This document shows positions 51,581 through 64,000 of a stretch of DNA of 64,000 nt, in pieces; positions within the stretch are counted from its first letter, which is position 1; each line of letters begins with the position of its first letter. This DNA comes from Nageia nagi (taxonomy: Eukaryota > Plantae > Pinophyta). The position numbers were made by a program, and so were the translations under genes. The notes under the pieces are model-generated. The model made no database searches, was not told the origin of the DNA, and saw only the letters and a list, made by a program, of their open reading frames with translations. The DNA lies in assembly GCA_050084985.1 (NCBI GenBank), contig JBITNC010000001.1, positions 28,768,001 through 28,832,000 of the forward strand, given 5' to 3'.

Positions 51581-54269
51581 ATTTTCCTTGCCTTGTTTAT
51601 CTTTTATGGATTTATGTGTTTGGCTTGTTGACTTAGTTTGTTTGTCCTTGCATCTCATCATGTCATCTTGTATTTTGTTTGGCATAGCATGTCATCTTTC
51701 CCTAGTTACTCATTTATCTTACACTAAGTACCAAGGCATGGATTACATGTAGTCATTTCCTTGGGCTTAGGTTTGTACCATTCTTTTATTTCATCACCAT
51801 TTTTCCTTTCTAATCATATCATTGGGAGTTGTTACTTGGTTCTCCATTTTTTTCTGCCATCCTACCTTTTTTGTGTACATGAAGGCCACCAATCACTCAT
51901 CTCCTTATCATCGGTCATTCCTTGTATCATTGTATCTTTTCTATCTTTTGTCATCACTTTGCACTTATCATTTTGTTTGTCTGCCCTTAGTTCTCATCTA
52001 AATTAGGGATGTTGGACATTATCTTTATTTTGCAAAGAAGCAAGTATAGTACTAGAAATGAGTGGAAGTTAGCCCCAAAAAAACTTAGTTGGATAACATT
52101 ATTTATTTTTCTTGACATTTTATCTTGTTTGCATTTGCAGTGTTACCCTTGCTTATCTTATTTAATTTTTTAGGTTCTTTATATTCTCAAAATGTAAAGA
52201 GCCCATCCCTTGCATTTTTGCATGTCTATTTATGTCATTAGTCAACATACATGATTCATGGATTTTTAATGATGACATAACCACTTGGATCTTAATCACA
52301 TATCAGGTTTCCCAAAAATCATTCCCTTGAGATTGATCATAGGCTACAGACTATCATGATTTTTTATGGAAATACCATATGAACTTGTCATGGCTTGTGA
52401 CATCAAGGAATAGCATCAATTTGTGGATGTTATACTTTCTTCACTTTGTTTAATCATTATTTATTTCTTTTATGATCATTTCGATATCGTATTTATGGTT
52501 GTTTGTGCTTGTGTTATCTTTTCTTCTCTTTTCTTCTCTTTTGTCAAAATTGGGTTTCATTTGCCTTTTAAAAATTGATCTAATCATGATGATTTAATGA
52601 GAAGTAAGTTTCATTAGTTTCACCTTCACAATGATATCATTAAAAATTTATTCTTGTTTGTTTTAGGTCACCTATCATCCATTTGTTTTAAGTTCAAAGT
52701 TGGCCCTTCATGCTAGTACACACAGTCACCCTAGCATATCAACCTATGTCATATTGTAGTCTCAATTTGTAAATTATTCATATTTTATCTTATTAGGTCC
52801 TATCATGTCATGTTGTACCATTTCAAGTCGATTTTAACCATCTTGTCACCCATTTTGGTTAAGGGATGAAGGTCTCAAAATTTGGTACCCTTAAAAGTTG
52901 GCCCTAGTTTCATCATTTTAAATATAGCAAATCATGTCTATTTTTAATTATATTAGTTACTTATCCATAATTGATCTAAATTTTATCATCATGTCAAGTT
53001 TCATCATCTAACTTTATCATTTAGTTAGTTTTTGTGAGCCATTTAGTGGGCTACTTGTAATAGTACACTTTTAGTGAGCACTGAAGGGTTATCACCTTGG
53101 GCCAAGTAGCCTTTTATTTTAATTTTTAAAATAGGTCAAATATACCTTCATTTTTTGAATTGTTTGATCTTGCACTTATATTGTACTACCATATATCATT
53201 TCATCAAGATAGTACATCAAATTGTCAATGTGGTCACTTGTTACTGTCCACCAAATTTTGTAATTTTTCATGTTTTTGAAAGTGTTATTTTTGCTTTGAT
53301 TTAGTTTTGGTCCCATTTGGTTGCATTCTAGAAGCCTTTTGGTCTAGCTTATGTTTGTATTTGTCATGATCAATGTAACTTGAGTATTTCAAGGGGGTCT
53401 TTACAACATGTTCCTTACCTCATTTTACGAACTATCATGATAAAATTTTGACAACATTTAGGCTTATTTTCTTAGTATTTTCTATGTTTGTTTGTCAATA
53501 TGTTATGTTTATTTTTGTATTTTTATGTCATTTATTGTATTTTCAGTTTCTATTGTTATCTTTTGTTATTCTTTTAGTCTATTCTTTTAATCTTTTTCTA
53601 GTCATTTCTTTTATCATTTTTGTTTGTTATCATGTTCATTTGTTTTATTAGTCATCATTTGTTGGACATTTTTATTATTTTAGTATTTTCCATTATTCAT
53701 TGTTTGTATTTTGTGTCTATTTATCCATATTTTTCCTTTTCTTTTTGTGTGTTTCGACATCCATGTTAATTTTTCATCATGTGATTAAGCATACAAGTCC
53801 ATTTTAGTTTGTCTTAAGTTTTAGGTTCCTTTTAGATTTATTTTAGGTTGCTTTTAGGTTCATTTTAAATGTTCATTTAAATTTCATTTTAGGTTCATTT
53901 TAAGTATTTTTGAGGTCATTTTTAAGTTCTTTTTAGGATTCATTTTGTTGTTGTTACATGCATTCATTGTCTCATACATAAAACATATAAATAAGTGCAT
54001 CCATATCCATAACATAAGCATATAGTCAACATAAAAGTATCTCATATAGCATGTCAATATCAAATAGCATACATCCATAAGCATCCATACATATATGCCA
54101 ATGTCCATCATCATATAGCATATACCAAAATACATATATAAAAATGTCCACCCTGAGTATGTCAATGTTTTGTATACATGTGTGTATTTCAAAACATACA
54201 TATAGTTTGCTCACACTATGGTGCCAAAAATGCATATTTTTATAGTCTTGTACCTACATATCTAAAGTG

Positions 54270-56720
54270 TAGGGTCATCCCTTAGTCTCCATCAGCTAGG
54301 GGGTGTTGTTCTCCCCCTTCCCTTTTGCTTGCACCCTTGATGGGCTACTCTCTTCTATGACATCACTCTAGCCCATTGATGGTGGTGACCTAAAAAATCT
54401 ACCAACAACCTATGAGATCGCCCACCTCATGATTCCACCCATGTTGGAACCTATCTCACCAATAGAATTTGTCCTTGTAGCTACCACATTTGCTATCATA
54501 GTTGGCACTAGTTATCTCATAAAGTGGCCCTCACTTCATTGGCTCTGAACCATGTTATGAGAGATGCTCCTGGCTAGTGATGTTATCCTAAATATCTCTC
54601 GATCTATCAAGATTAGTCATGCCTTAATCAATTTATGATGCCAAACCTATTCCCTCAATATATCCCTATTTGCATCATCGAGTGTATGGTGTAGCTATCT
54701 ATCCATGTCCCCCTATCCTATGGGTACCCTCATTACTACACATATCACTTGTATATCAGTTTGTGTAGCCCTGTAAACTAGCATCTTTCCCCTATCCCCT
54801 ATTCCTACCAATAGGGCATCAATTTGGATGTTGATCTTTGCACTAAGGCCTACTCCTCCCTTTATGCATGATCTATGCACATCCCTCTATCTGGAAACTA
54901 CCATGTAGACTATTAGTAGGGTCTAAATATCACCTAGGAAATCTTGAGCTAGCTCTCTACTATTTCTCTTACCACCCACTCAACCATAAGCTAGCCCTAC
55001 AAAATGTTAATGAGCCCCTCTATTGCTACTTATGTTGCCTTTGTTGTCACCCTAATGGCCTACTTTCCTTCCATATGAACTTATAATGTGTCTAACTAAA
55101 CTTAAATATCATATTGCTTAGCTTAGTACTATGTAACCCTCAAGTTGATAAACATATCTAATTTAGGCTCTAGCTCTTAGAGCTTAATTTTAGGGGTCTT
55201 ATATTGAACCTCCCCCTCTCTCATATCTATAGCATGTTGCTAATCCTACCCTTGTACCAACTAATTAAGCATGTCAATGTCCATCTCAAGAGAACCTTAT
55301 TTATCTACATCCTCTTGGGGATCCTCACCCTCATCAAGTACCTCATCCTTGGCCACCTCACCCTCTTCACCTAGGATGATCCCACCCTTGGGAACCCATA
55401 GGTATACTAGGGGTACACCCCAAATCTATCTTTGATAATCCATATTGGAAGTTGGTCCCTCTAAGGGGCCACCATTAATCATATCCTAGGGTCATCCCTA
55501 CATTGTCTACAATTGACCTCATTAGTGTTCCATCAAGAACTGCATCTAGCTCTACATAAGTTAACCTTGATCTATCCAATACACCTCTAGTGATCCTTCT
55601 ATACAATATTAACTTTGGTGGTATATCCTATACTAGCCTATGCTGGTGGTGGACCTACTCAAAGTGAAAAATCTCCACATCTCTAATGTGCTTACTCCTG
55701 ATGTGTCTAGTCCTAAAGGCCCTTTGTAGCTACATGATATCCTTTGCACATGTAAGCCCTTAAACATCCTTTGGCCATGTAATCTCTCCCTAATAGGGTT
55801 GATAAATCATATCTTATGATTGCAGGCTTGCTAGAATATCCTAGTACTAGTCAATCTATCCCTCATGGGGAGTATCTTGGGCCTCTCCCTCTCATGATCC
55901 TATCATTGCATGTATGGAATATCCATTCCTATCATTGGGAGTATGTCTCCCATAATATTTACTATGTGGTCTTCTATGGGAAATCAATTCGACCGTCCTA
56001 ACCAAATATGCTCCTAGGCCCATACCTGGAGGAGAAATGAGGTGATAATACCTCCTCATCCTCATGCTACTCTATTCAACTACCTATAAGTTTGCACCAA
56101 TAAGGCTAGTCCCTAAGAAAATATTATCCCCTTCTAGATCATCCTTGTCATGATGTTGAATATGTTCTAAGGGAACCTAGGTCCCAAGGAATCTAGGAGT
56201 ATGAATAAGAAGATCAAAAGCATAACCATATCCTCTTGGAATCCTAGGCAATCTAATTAATAGAGAGGTAAAATGAATAACCCTCCATTCAAGAGGTACC
56301 ATGTCCTATAGCCATCACCTACATATGGTTGTATCACCACTTTTCAATGGCCACCATCACCTATTCACCCTCTAATAGCACCTGTAATATCTAGTAGACA
56401 TCCTCTAATGTGACTATCATCTCCCCTATTAGGAATAGAAATATGTACATGTATGGATTGAAGCACTCCATAAGCATGATCATGTAGGATGTATCTCCCT
56501 TACTCAAGAAAATCCAAGCTACTCCTGTTAACCCTATCACCTTTGGAAAATCCAATTATGCCTAGATCAGCATTGCTCAGACCTTTACCCATAGTGGGTA
56601 AAACTTATGCTTGAGTTTGATCTAGCACAAATTTCAAATTTTATTAGTGTTTTTCACTTTGTTTGCATTATCTTCTTCTAATTCAATGGTATCTATGTCT
56701 AAGTCAATCCTGCATGTCAC
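54270..56720 (-). pseudogene. Antisense Plant Mobile Domain (PMD, aminotransferase-like) ORF in the 3' region of element C, decayed
   Basis: Minus strand ~56360-56490 reads MLMECFNPYMYIFLFLIGEMIVTLEDVY*ILQVLLEGE, matching the PMD signature ERW.PET.TFH...GEMTITLEDV..ILGLP..G. A more GC-rich, coding-like block continues to ~54270. Boundaries are approximate. Confidence 0.72.
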
Positions 56721-57506
56721 CTAGGATGTTTATTTACTTTTTCTTCTATGTTTGCATTTTATATTTTTTCAGTCAATTATCTTTTGGTCAAAATTATCCT
56801 TGTTAAGGATGAATGGGTTAACCTAGTCATATAGGTTTTGAATGAATGGCATTATCATTAGGATAATTTGTGTGGTCATATTTAACTTAGATAACTCCCA
56901 AATCAAATTATCTAGGTTCTAGATGATTTGCAAAGATTATTTAGAAAATAATAATCCTTAAAGGCATAACAAATTAAACACTTTTACACATCAAATTTTA
57001 AATCTAAATATCATGAAATTATAACATATATTAATATTAATTATGCATGATAATTTAACTCATTGTATTTGCATTACATATTATGGTTATGTGTGCCCTG
57101 ATCAGACTATGTTCACTATAAACATTTTGGAAATCATGTGGTTGTTAAGTGCATTCTTTACTCTATGTTTTATGTTATGTTGGAAAAATTTAGTCTTATG
57201 GACTATCATGATTGGAGGTTATGTACACTCTCACTACAATCAGAATGCCCTATGTATTTTATTAAACCCTAATGCCATTTTGTTTGGCAGTGTTTTCGCT
57301 AGGTGTCCACAAATTGCATGGTGTAGGTTTAGTCTAGGGTTATTAAATTTAATCTTATTCTTAGACAATCAAAGAAAATAAAATTACCATCTTGCTTAGT
57401 CTTGTGTACTTAAATAGTATTTTCAAATAGTCAACATAAAGCACATAACTACAATAGAAACAAAATGTAAAATAATTAAACAAAATGCAAAATAGAAATG
57501 GGCAAT

Positions 57507-58655
57507 TATAAACATCCTAAAAATGCATTTTATGTTGTTGACAAAGTTATATTAATATTTATGGCATTTATCATGCATTATACAATCATGTTTGACTAAC
57601 GTGTGTTTGAAACACTTTTGAATAGATCAAATGACTTTATTTCAGCCTTTAAGTTATTTATAACACATTTCTTCTAGTCATCCAAACAACTTGCTAGTCA
57701 TCTAAAAGATCCCATAGATTACACAATCATTCAAACAATCCTATTTGAGATTTATAAAAGTCAACTTGGGCTCACATTTTTATACTCTTCTTACATTTGA
57801 GTACTTTTCATGAGCTCTATGACTTCCACAATTTACTTCACGCATCCATACCTATGATATCAATTTACAATGGACCACATCAATACTTGAGCTCACCTCT
57901 TCACACCTTGGGAACACTTATCCATGACACATGGTTTGAGGTATCTTTTGGTCATTTGAGGTTGGTTATGCTCTTAATGGTGACTTTCATGGGTACTTGT
58001 ATATTTGAATCTTTAAATCACATTCAATTGAAGACATGTATCTTTGATTAAATTATAGAGTTATAATTATGTGTCATATAGGCATCTTTAGTTTAATTTC
58101 ATATTTAGGATTTCAAACTACGGTTTGACCTTTTAGGTCCAAACCCTAGGGTTTAAAAGATTTTTGTTGTCTCATTAACATTTTAGCAATTATTTATTAT
58201 TTCTAACATTAAATTCATTATCATTATTCCCATATTTGATCATTTGACTAGATCTTTAAGCATATATAGTCTTTATCAAATATTTACCATATAATTATCA
58301 TTTATCTTTGTCTACTTGTCTTGTAGAAATATTTTTCCATAGTCTATGTGTCTAAATCATATTTACATCATAGGCATTGTAATTTTTCTATCATCTAATT
58401 GATTGTGGACAAGGAAACTTACAACTTATTTGAGTTGGGGTTTCAGCTCACTTGGACAATCACAATGTCTAAAGGACTTGTGATTTGAAGTCTCCATTAA
58501 TCTTTATGTTTTCTTTTTAGCTCTAGATATCATATTGTACTATTAAATAATAAAGGACAAGGTCTAAACCCTATCTTATCAATACATATCATAGGAAAAT
58601 TAGGTGGAATGTATCAATATTCTTAGATTTGCTTATGAATGTTGTGAGTGATTCA
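57507..58655 (+). repeat. Element C 3' LTR
   Basis: tataaacatcctaaaaatgc...gttgtgagtgattca, preceded by purine-rich aaaatagaaatgggcaa and followed by TSD-like ggtgc. Confidence 0.9.
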
Positions 58656-59820
58656 GGTGCAAGGATTTTCACCCATCCATAGGTGAAAACTAGACATAGT
58701 TGAGCAATATTGATAACCTATGAAGGTTGCATGTTTGAGATAACCATAACCATATAACTAGAAGCATGAACATCTCAACAACACTTGGTTATTGCAAAAA
58801 AGAGAGCCAATTGCAATGATTATTCACTATGGTCTATTCATCCTCCCTACCTTTGTTAAAAGGTGCTATGTAAGAATACGATGGAGGGGGAACATAGGGT
58901 TTTTCCTTGAATATACCCACCATTAATGGGAAATCATGAATCTTATGGTCAAGATACTATCAACAATGGTAGGTATTTAGGAGACCAATGAATTCCATCC
59001 TTTCCTCTTCACCAATATTAATATCTACAAACTTGATAAGGTCATGAGTTAAATCCACCTTAACACAAACTCTTCATGAAGGCTAAGCTGAAAAAAATAT
59101 ATCAAGTTCAAAATAGATGAATTGACAAATGGACTCACCTAAAGAATTTAAAACCTTCCACAGGGGAATGGGAATTCTAGGGAATTCCATCCAAATAGGG
59201 ACATCCATGCAACCTTCATTCTCAACATTAAATTTTGCTGTATAAAGTTGAAGGATAAGGAGCAAGTTAGGAACTATCCAAGGACCCTTACTAAGAAATT
59301 TTGGGGCATGTATAGGGTCAGATAATTGGAAAAGGAAAAAGTCTTTGGTAATATTCTATACATTTTCTACTTTAACATCATACAGACTCCAAACTTGACT
59401 TACGTAAGTATGCAAAAGGGTATCATTAGGGATACACCAAGGAAATAATCCATAAGGGTGTGTGATTCAAACCAATGATAAGTATTGTGAAATTCTTCTA
59501 CAAGAATGAAAACTTATGGAATAGAAACATTACCTCATGCTCAAATTTCAACAAAAACTTATGAGGGTGCTTTTTGGGCACCATCCTCCTTTCCAGTCAC
59601 TTCATGCAATGATCAAGTATCATTAAGAGAGACATCCATACTTAAAGGAAAGTGCACCATCCAAGGTGATGTAAATGCATAAACATGTCAAGATGAAGAT
59701 ATCCCAAAAAAAATCCAAGGATTAATATTGTATGGAAGAGGGAGAAAAAACTCTTAAAGACTTGCATGCATGCAGAGAAAATTCAACTTGGCTCTTCTAG
59801 GCTCTTTTCAATATTAATGT
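58656..59820 (-). mobile_element. L1-1 LINE, 5' segment: 5' UTR and ORF1 N-terminus (DUF4283-type domain, eroded zinc knuckles)
   Basis: KDFFLFQL..SKGPWIVPNLLLILQLYTAKFNV..DVPIWMEFPRIPIPLWKVLNSLGESI..RVCVKVDL. Candidate TSD atttcactttt (4573-4583) / attacactttt (59823-59833). Confidence 0.85.
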
Positions 59821-60238
59821 TAATTACACTTTTAAAAATTTTGAAACAAAAAATTTTGAAATTTTGAATTACTTTTGTAATTTTGAAATTTTTAAACCAA
59901 AACTTTTGAAATATCAATTTTTTTAAAATTTTGGAAATACAGGTGTTGTCCCCCCTCCCAAATGATATTGTATTGACCATGACGGATAAGATAAGATCAA
60001 TTGAAAAAGATAAGGTTATGTGTCCTACATAAAAATTGATTTTAATTTAAAATTTGACTAAAATGAAGTAATTAAAGAATTAACAAGTTACCAATAGATA
60101 ACTCCCTATGGATGGTTTCCCTACCAATTCCTATAGTGGCAACAAATATTTAAAGGATAGAGGAGCTAGAACTGTAGCTTATAGAGAGCCAATGTAGTTT
60201 AGAGAAGAATCAACAACATGAGTAGGAGAGTCAACTAT

Positions 60239-60430
60239 GAGAGGTTGAGCTCTATCAAAGAGTACAAGATATGGAGAAGTGAGAGGCTAAGCTCCATCAA
60301 AGAGTATAAGATATGGAGAAGTGAGATGCTAAGCTCCACTAAATACTAGAGGTGAGTGAATAGAAAGAGGATGAGCTCTATTAAAGAGTGCAAGAGAGTC
60401 AGCTAAGAGATGTTGAGCTCCACCAAAGGG
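60239..60430. repeat. 42-bp tandem repeat x5 in an unclassified segment
   Basis: The gctc core recurs at 60249, 60291, 60333, 60375 and 60417. Unit gagaggctaagctccatcaaagagtataagatatggagaagt. Confidence 0.85.
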
Positions 60431-60927
60431 AGAAGGACTTGAAACATGCCTTTACTAGCATGAGTCAATAAGTGGAGAGCTTGACCAAGCAGGTGATGGC
60501 CTATGAGTTGGAGTTTATGAGAATATTGATACCCTTTCAATATGTCTCGAGGAGTTCACATATATAGAGAAGATCACATATATCACAAAGTGTATCTAGG
60601 AGTTTGCATGTAGTAACTTCATCACATGCCACCTCCTATCCACATGACAAGGATAAACACATAGAGGCAAGGGTTTAAAATACTTCCTATTTTGCAGTCA
60701 AGCAATGTGAGAGATCATTATCATCCTTATATATATATATATATATATAATATAATATATATTATGTAGTATGTATGAAGGATATAGATATGAGGGTGAT
60801 GGTAGCTATGAGACTTAGAGTTTTACAATGATAAGGTATATAGGATATATGATACTGATGCATGTCACGAGGTAACATTTTTGTACTATGCACTCAGATT
60901 TGTTATGTACTTTTTGATGGCTTAGGC

Positions 60928-60929
<2 letters not shown>

Positions 60930-60967
<38 letters not shown>

Positions 60968-60978
60968 GTGTGTGTGTG
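60930..60978. repeat. Compound (TA)n(TG)n microsatellite; further (TA)n tracts at ~60728-60749 and ~38586-38602
   Basis: Direct reading. Confidence 0.95.
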
Positions 60979-61139
60979 GTTTATTACATGATGGTTGTGG
61001 AATGTGATGGTTAATCCAATTATAATGCGCTTTGAGATAGTTATGTATGGTTTATTTTAAATTTTGCTTTAGATGTAATATTTTTAAGTTTTAAAATAAA
61101 CCAAAACATAATGAAATATGTAGGATTTTTTGGTACTGC

Positions 61140-64000
61140 TAATGTGTTGAATGGGCCCTTGATCCTCATATTTTGTGAAATAATACAAGGAAATGCCATT
61201 CAATGGTACCAAACCACAATGAGATACAATGAAAACATGAACAATTTGCAACCATGAAACATAATGAGTGGACATGACAATAAAATCAAATAGGTTTGGA
61301 ATTGAATTTCATCTAAATTTGAAATACATGTTATAGCCCTAATTGGACTAGGATGGATATGTCATCTAACACTTCCAAACCTTTACAAATATTTTAATAA
61401 AATGTAATTAAATTGGAGTAAACATATTAAGTGATGACAAGCATGACACATGATAGTAAGGATGAGTGACTAGTGGTTCTCACATTCCCAAAAAAGGTAG
61501 GAAATACTAAAAGCAAGATACCATCCAAGTGTCAACCCCTAAATATCAAGATCAAGCTTGATGAAAGAAAATAAGATGATGGTTGAAAAGAGATCCCTTA
61601 AGCTACTTAATATAATTTGAATAGGGATTCTTTCTAGATGTTTGTATAAAAATAACAATATGATAGGAAACAAAAATTGATGCTTTATGATTGAATGATG
61701 ACCAACAACATGGTGATAATAAGATAATGATATAATTACATGGTAATTAATAAGGATACCTTTTTTTAAGTTTTTATCTTTTTTAGGAATCAAATATGGA
61801 AGAGGAATCACAAGCAAAATAAAATCAAGCAAGGGATCAAGTTCCCCTAATTAGTAAAATAAAGAATCAAAAGCAAGAGAAAAAGAGGAAATGATAGACA
61901 CACTAACCTTGTTGACTTATTTGAATAGATAGAAAGGAATAGAATATTGAGACATCGATGACAAAGTGCTTCAAATAGAAAATTCTCATGAGGGGAGGAA
62001 GATTCCTGATAGTCTCCCTCATCCTATATCTCATGCATTTGGATTGTAGTTATTATAGTTTGGGGATCCTAGAAACCAAGTTCTCATTTGTCTTTATCAC
62101 CTTGGGTAGGTAGTTGTATGATATGTATTATGCCTTTCTTATACTAACCTAAGCCATAGACCTACAATTTGCACTTGGTAGACTAGTTATGAATAAACAA
62201 AAGTCTAGACAAGTAATCAATTTTACTTACCAAAACTTGTTTAAAGGATACTTTAAGAGTTTGATAAGTGACCAAATAAGGAATTGCATACAAAAAATAG
62301 GTTTGGTTATCAGATGGACCAAGAGGTAGAAAAGTTACAATGGTTAGGGGGGATTCAGAAGGATGTCCTACATCATGTAAGGATAATACGTTAAACATAG
62401 TATCATCAATGGAATTATATTCCCCTATGCTCACATTTTTAAATTAGACATCCACTCATGAGATATTATCATGATTATATATGGATGTTTCTTTCTTTTG
62501 CTTCTTAGTTATAATTTGAAGTTCATCTTTTATTTTATTATCCTCCTTTATTTTAGTGATAAAACTTGGTTTTCTTGTAGAGGAGCTTCTTAACACATCT
62601 TTTTTAGGATTCATTTGTTTAGGTTTTTGGTCTAAGTATTTAACTCATGCCTTCCAAGAGATTTATGCTTGAAGCATAGGGTAAGGAACCACAAGATTAT
62701 CTTGTCTATGCTACTCATAGATGATTATTTGATGATTATTTTCTAGTACATTTATGGAGCTTTCTTCATTTTTAGTTGGGACTACTTTATTAGTTGGTTC
62801 ACTTTTTGACACTTGAGGTTCATCATTAATTGTGGTACCAAGAGACAATGGGTCTTGGTTTATATATATGATCTTGAGAAAGATATGAATGGAGGAGAGG
62901 ATAGGACCATTAGGTAATTCAACAAGGTTGCAATTGCTAAACAGTTTCTCATCCATCCATCCATATATAGTTTACAACTTCATCCTTAAGGTATTTGACA
63001 CAACCATGCAATATTGAAGAGGTGAAATTCATTTCTGTAATCCATGACTTCCCAAGTAAGAAATTATATTTTTTCTCTTTCTTTATAACCTAAAAGCATG
63101 AATGATTGCTATTTGAACCTACCATTATAGGTAACACAATACTACCCAAGGTGTTGCACAAATGGTTATTAAATGCTCACGAGATAAGTGTGAGTACTTT
63201 AAGATTTGACAAAGGTAAATTAAGATTCTCCAATATCATTGAAGATACCAAATTGATGGTTGATCCACTATCAGCTAATACCCTTTTGAAATATTTTCAA
63301 TCAACTTGGGAAATGATGTGCAAAGGAGGATCCTTATACTTTAGGTTGAGCATATTCCTAATATCATGATGATAGAATGATATGAATGGTTATACATTGG
63401 CTTACATATTCCCAATGAAGTTGAAAAAAGTATTAGGATTAGAGGTGTCTAATTGAATGGTCCTCAAAATTTGATCCAAGGCCTCTTTATGTTGATGTGA
63501 GTTTTTGATCAAGTCCCACAAGGATAAATTGATAGGGAATAGCCTCAAGTATTTCTCTAAATCACTTTTAAGTTTCTCTTAGATACCCCACTATGTTGGA
63601 GATGGAGGATGAAGTATATGATTTGGAACATTGGAATCCTCTCCCCTTCCCTCTTAAGTTTGAGTTGTACCTTTCAATTTATCTTTATCTTTATACTAGT
63701 TTTCCCTAGTATCCATATTGACAATTCCTATGAAGTGTGATTGCTTGGCCTATTGTACCAATTATTGATGTGATCCATAGTCATAAAGTACATTCTAGTT
63801 GGGAAAATATTGATTATAATGCTTAGTGGTGCCCACTTAGTTCACATTCTGTTGGGGTAACAAATTTTGATAGACTTGTAAGTTTGGGTTAGGAGTTGAA
63901 GATGTACCATTACCAACCAACTTCTTGGTATCAATAAAACTCTAAAATACCTTGTGTAAATACATGCATCGATTAGTGTTATGGCCCTGAATCATATAAA
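61140..64000 (-). mobile_element. Element F: Tat/Ogre-type relic (gag C-terminus, protease, G-patch-like segment, then B-like 3' UTR), running off the window end
   Basis: Minus strand reads QGHNTNRC, NLSLWDLIKNSHQHKEAL and KRVLADSGSTINLVSS..AFNN..YNFLLGKSWI (homologous to C), then GLG*YKKGII. The reverse complement of 61140-61560 aligns with the B 3' region 22195-22590. Confidence 0.8.

Larger units (their letters stand above)
32393..58655 (+). mobile_element. Element C: decayed Tat/Ogre Ty3/Gypsy LTR retrotransposon (two RNase H domains, long 3' region with antisense ORF), with Copia D nested in gag
   Basis: LTRs 32393-33565 and 57507-58655, TSD ggtga/ggtgc, Arg-type PBS and order gag-PR-RT-RH-aRH-INT. 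The flanks rejoin as L1 ORF1. Confidence 0.92.

Noticed and set aside
60127-60138. Possible CACTA terminal inverted repeat (cactataggaat on the minus strand)
   Set aside because: Weak match, no subterminal repeats, and the partner end would lie outside the window.
61204-61215. PBS-like tggtaccaaacc
   Set aside because: It falls inside a block that aligns in reverse to B's 3' UTR, and there is no adjacent LTR end.

Overview
AT-rich, strongly CpG-depleted eukaryotic DNA made almost entirely of nested, decayed plant transposons. The style of the PPR fragment and the element families suggests a large-genome seed plant, probably a conifer (inference). No intact host gene, RNA gene or CRISPR array was found. 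Reconstruction from left to right: (1) a CACTA Tnp2 transposase relic (minus strand, 1-1636) sits head-to-head with a scrambled PLS-class PPR fragment. (2) An old LTR-like sequence follows, into which a full-length L1 LINE (L1-1, minus strand, ~4584-59820) inserted. (3) L1-1 is split by a chromovirus-like Ty3/Gypsy element A (6766-~30032) and a Tat/Ogre element C (32393-58655). (4) A contains a non-autonomous Tat/Ogre-like element B (7749-24886), and B's 5' LTR contains a 5'-truncated L1 (L1-2, ~9596-14625). (5) C contains a Ty1/Copia element D (37493-45728). (6) The right end holds an unclassified repeat and a gag-protease-only Tat/Ogre relic F (minus strand). The most interesting observations are an extra ~250-codon ORF downstream of ORF2 in L1-2, an antisense Plant Mobile Domain gene in C, and element B, which has an acidic ORF and hairpin-repeat arrays in place of gag-pol plus a higher-order 57-bp array in its LTRs. 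All coordinates, translations and alignments were done by eye and are approximate.
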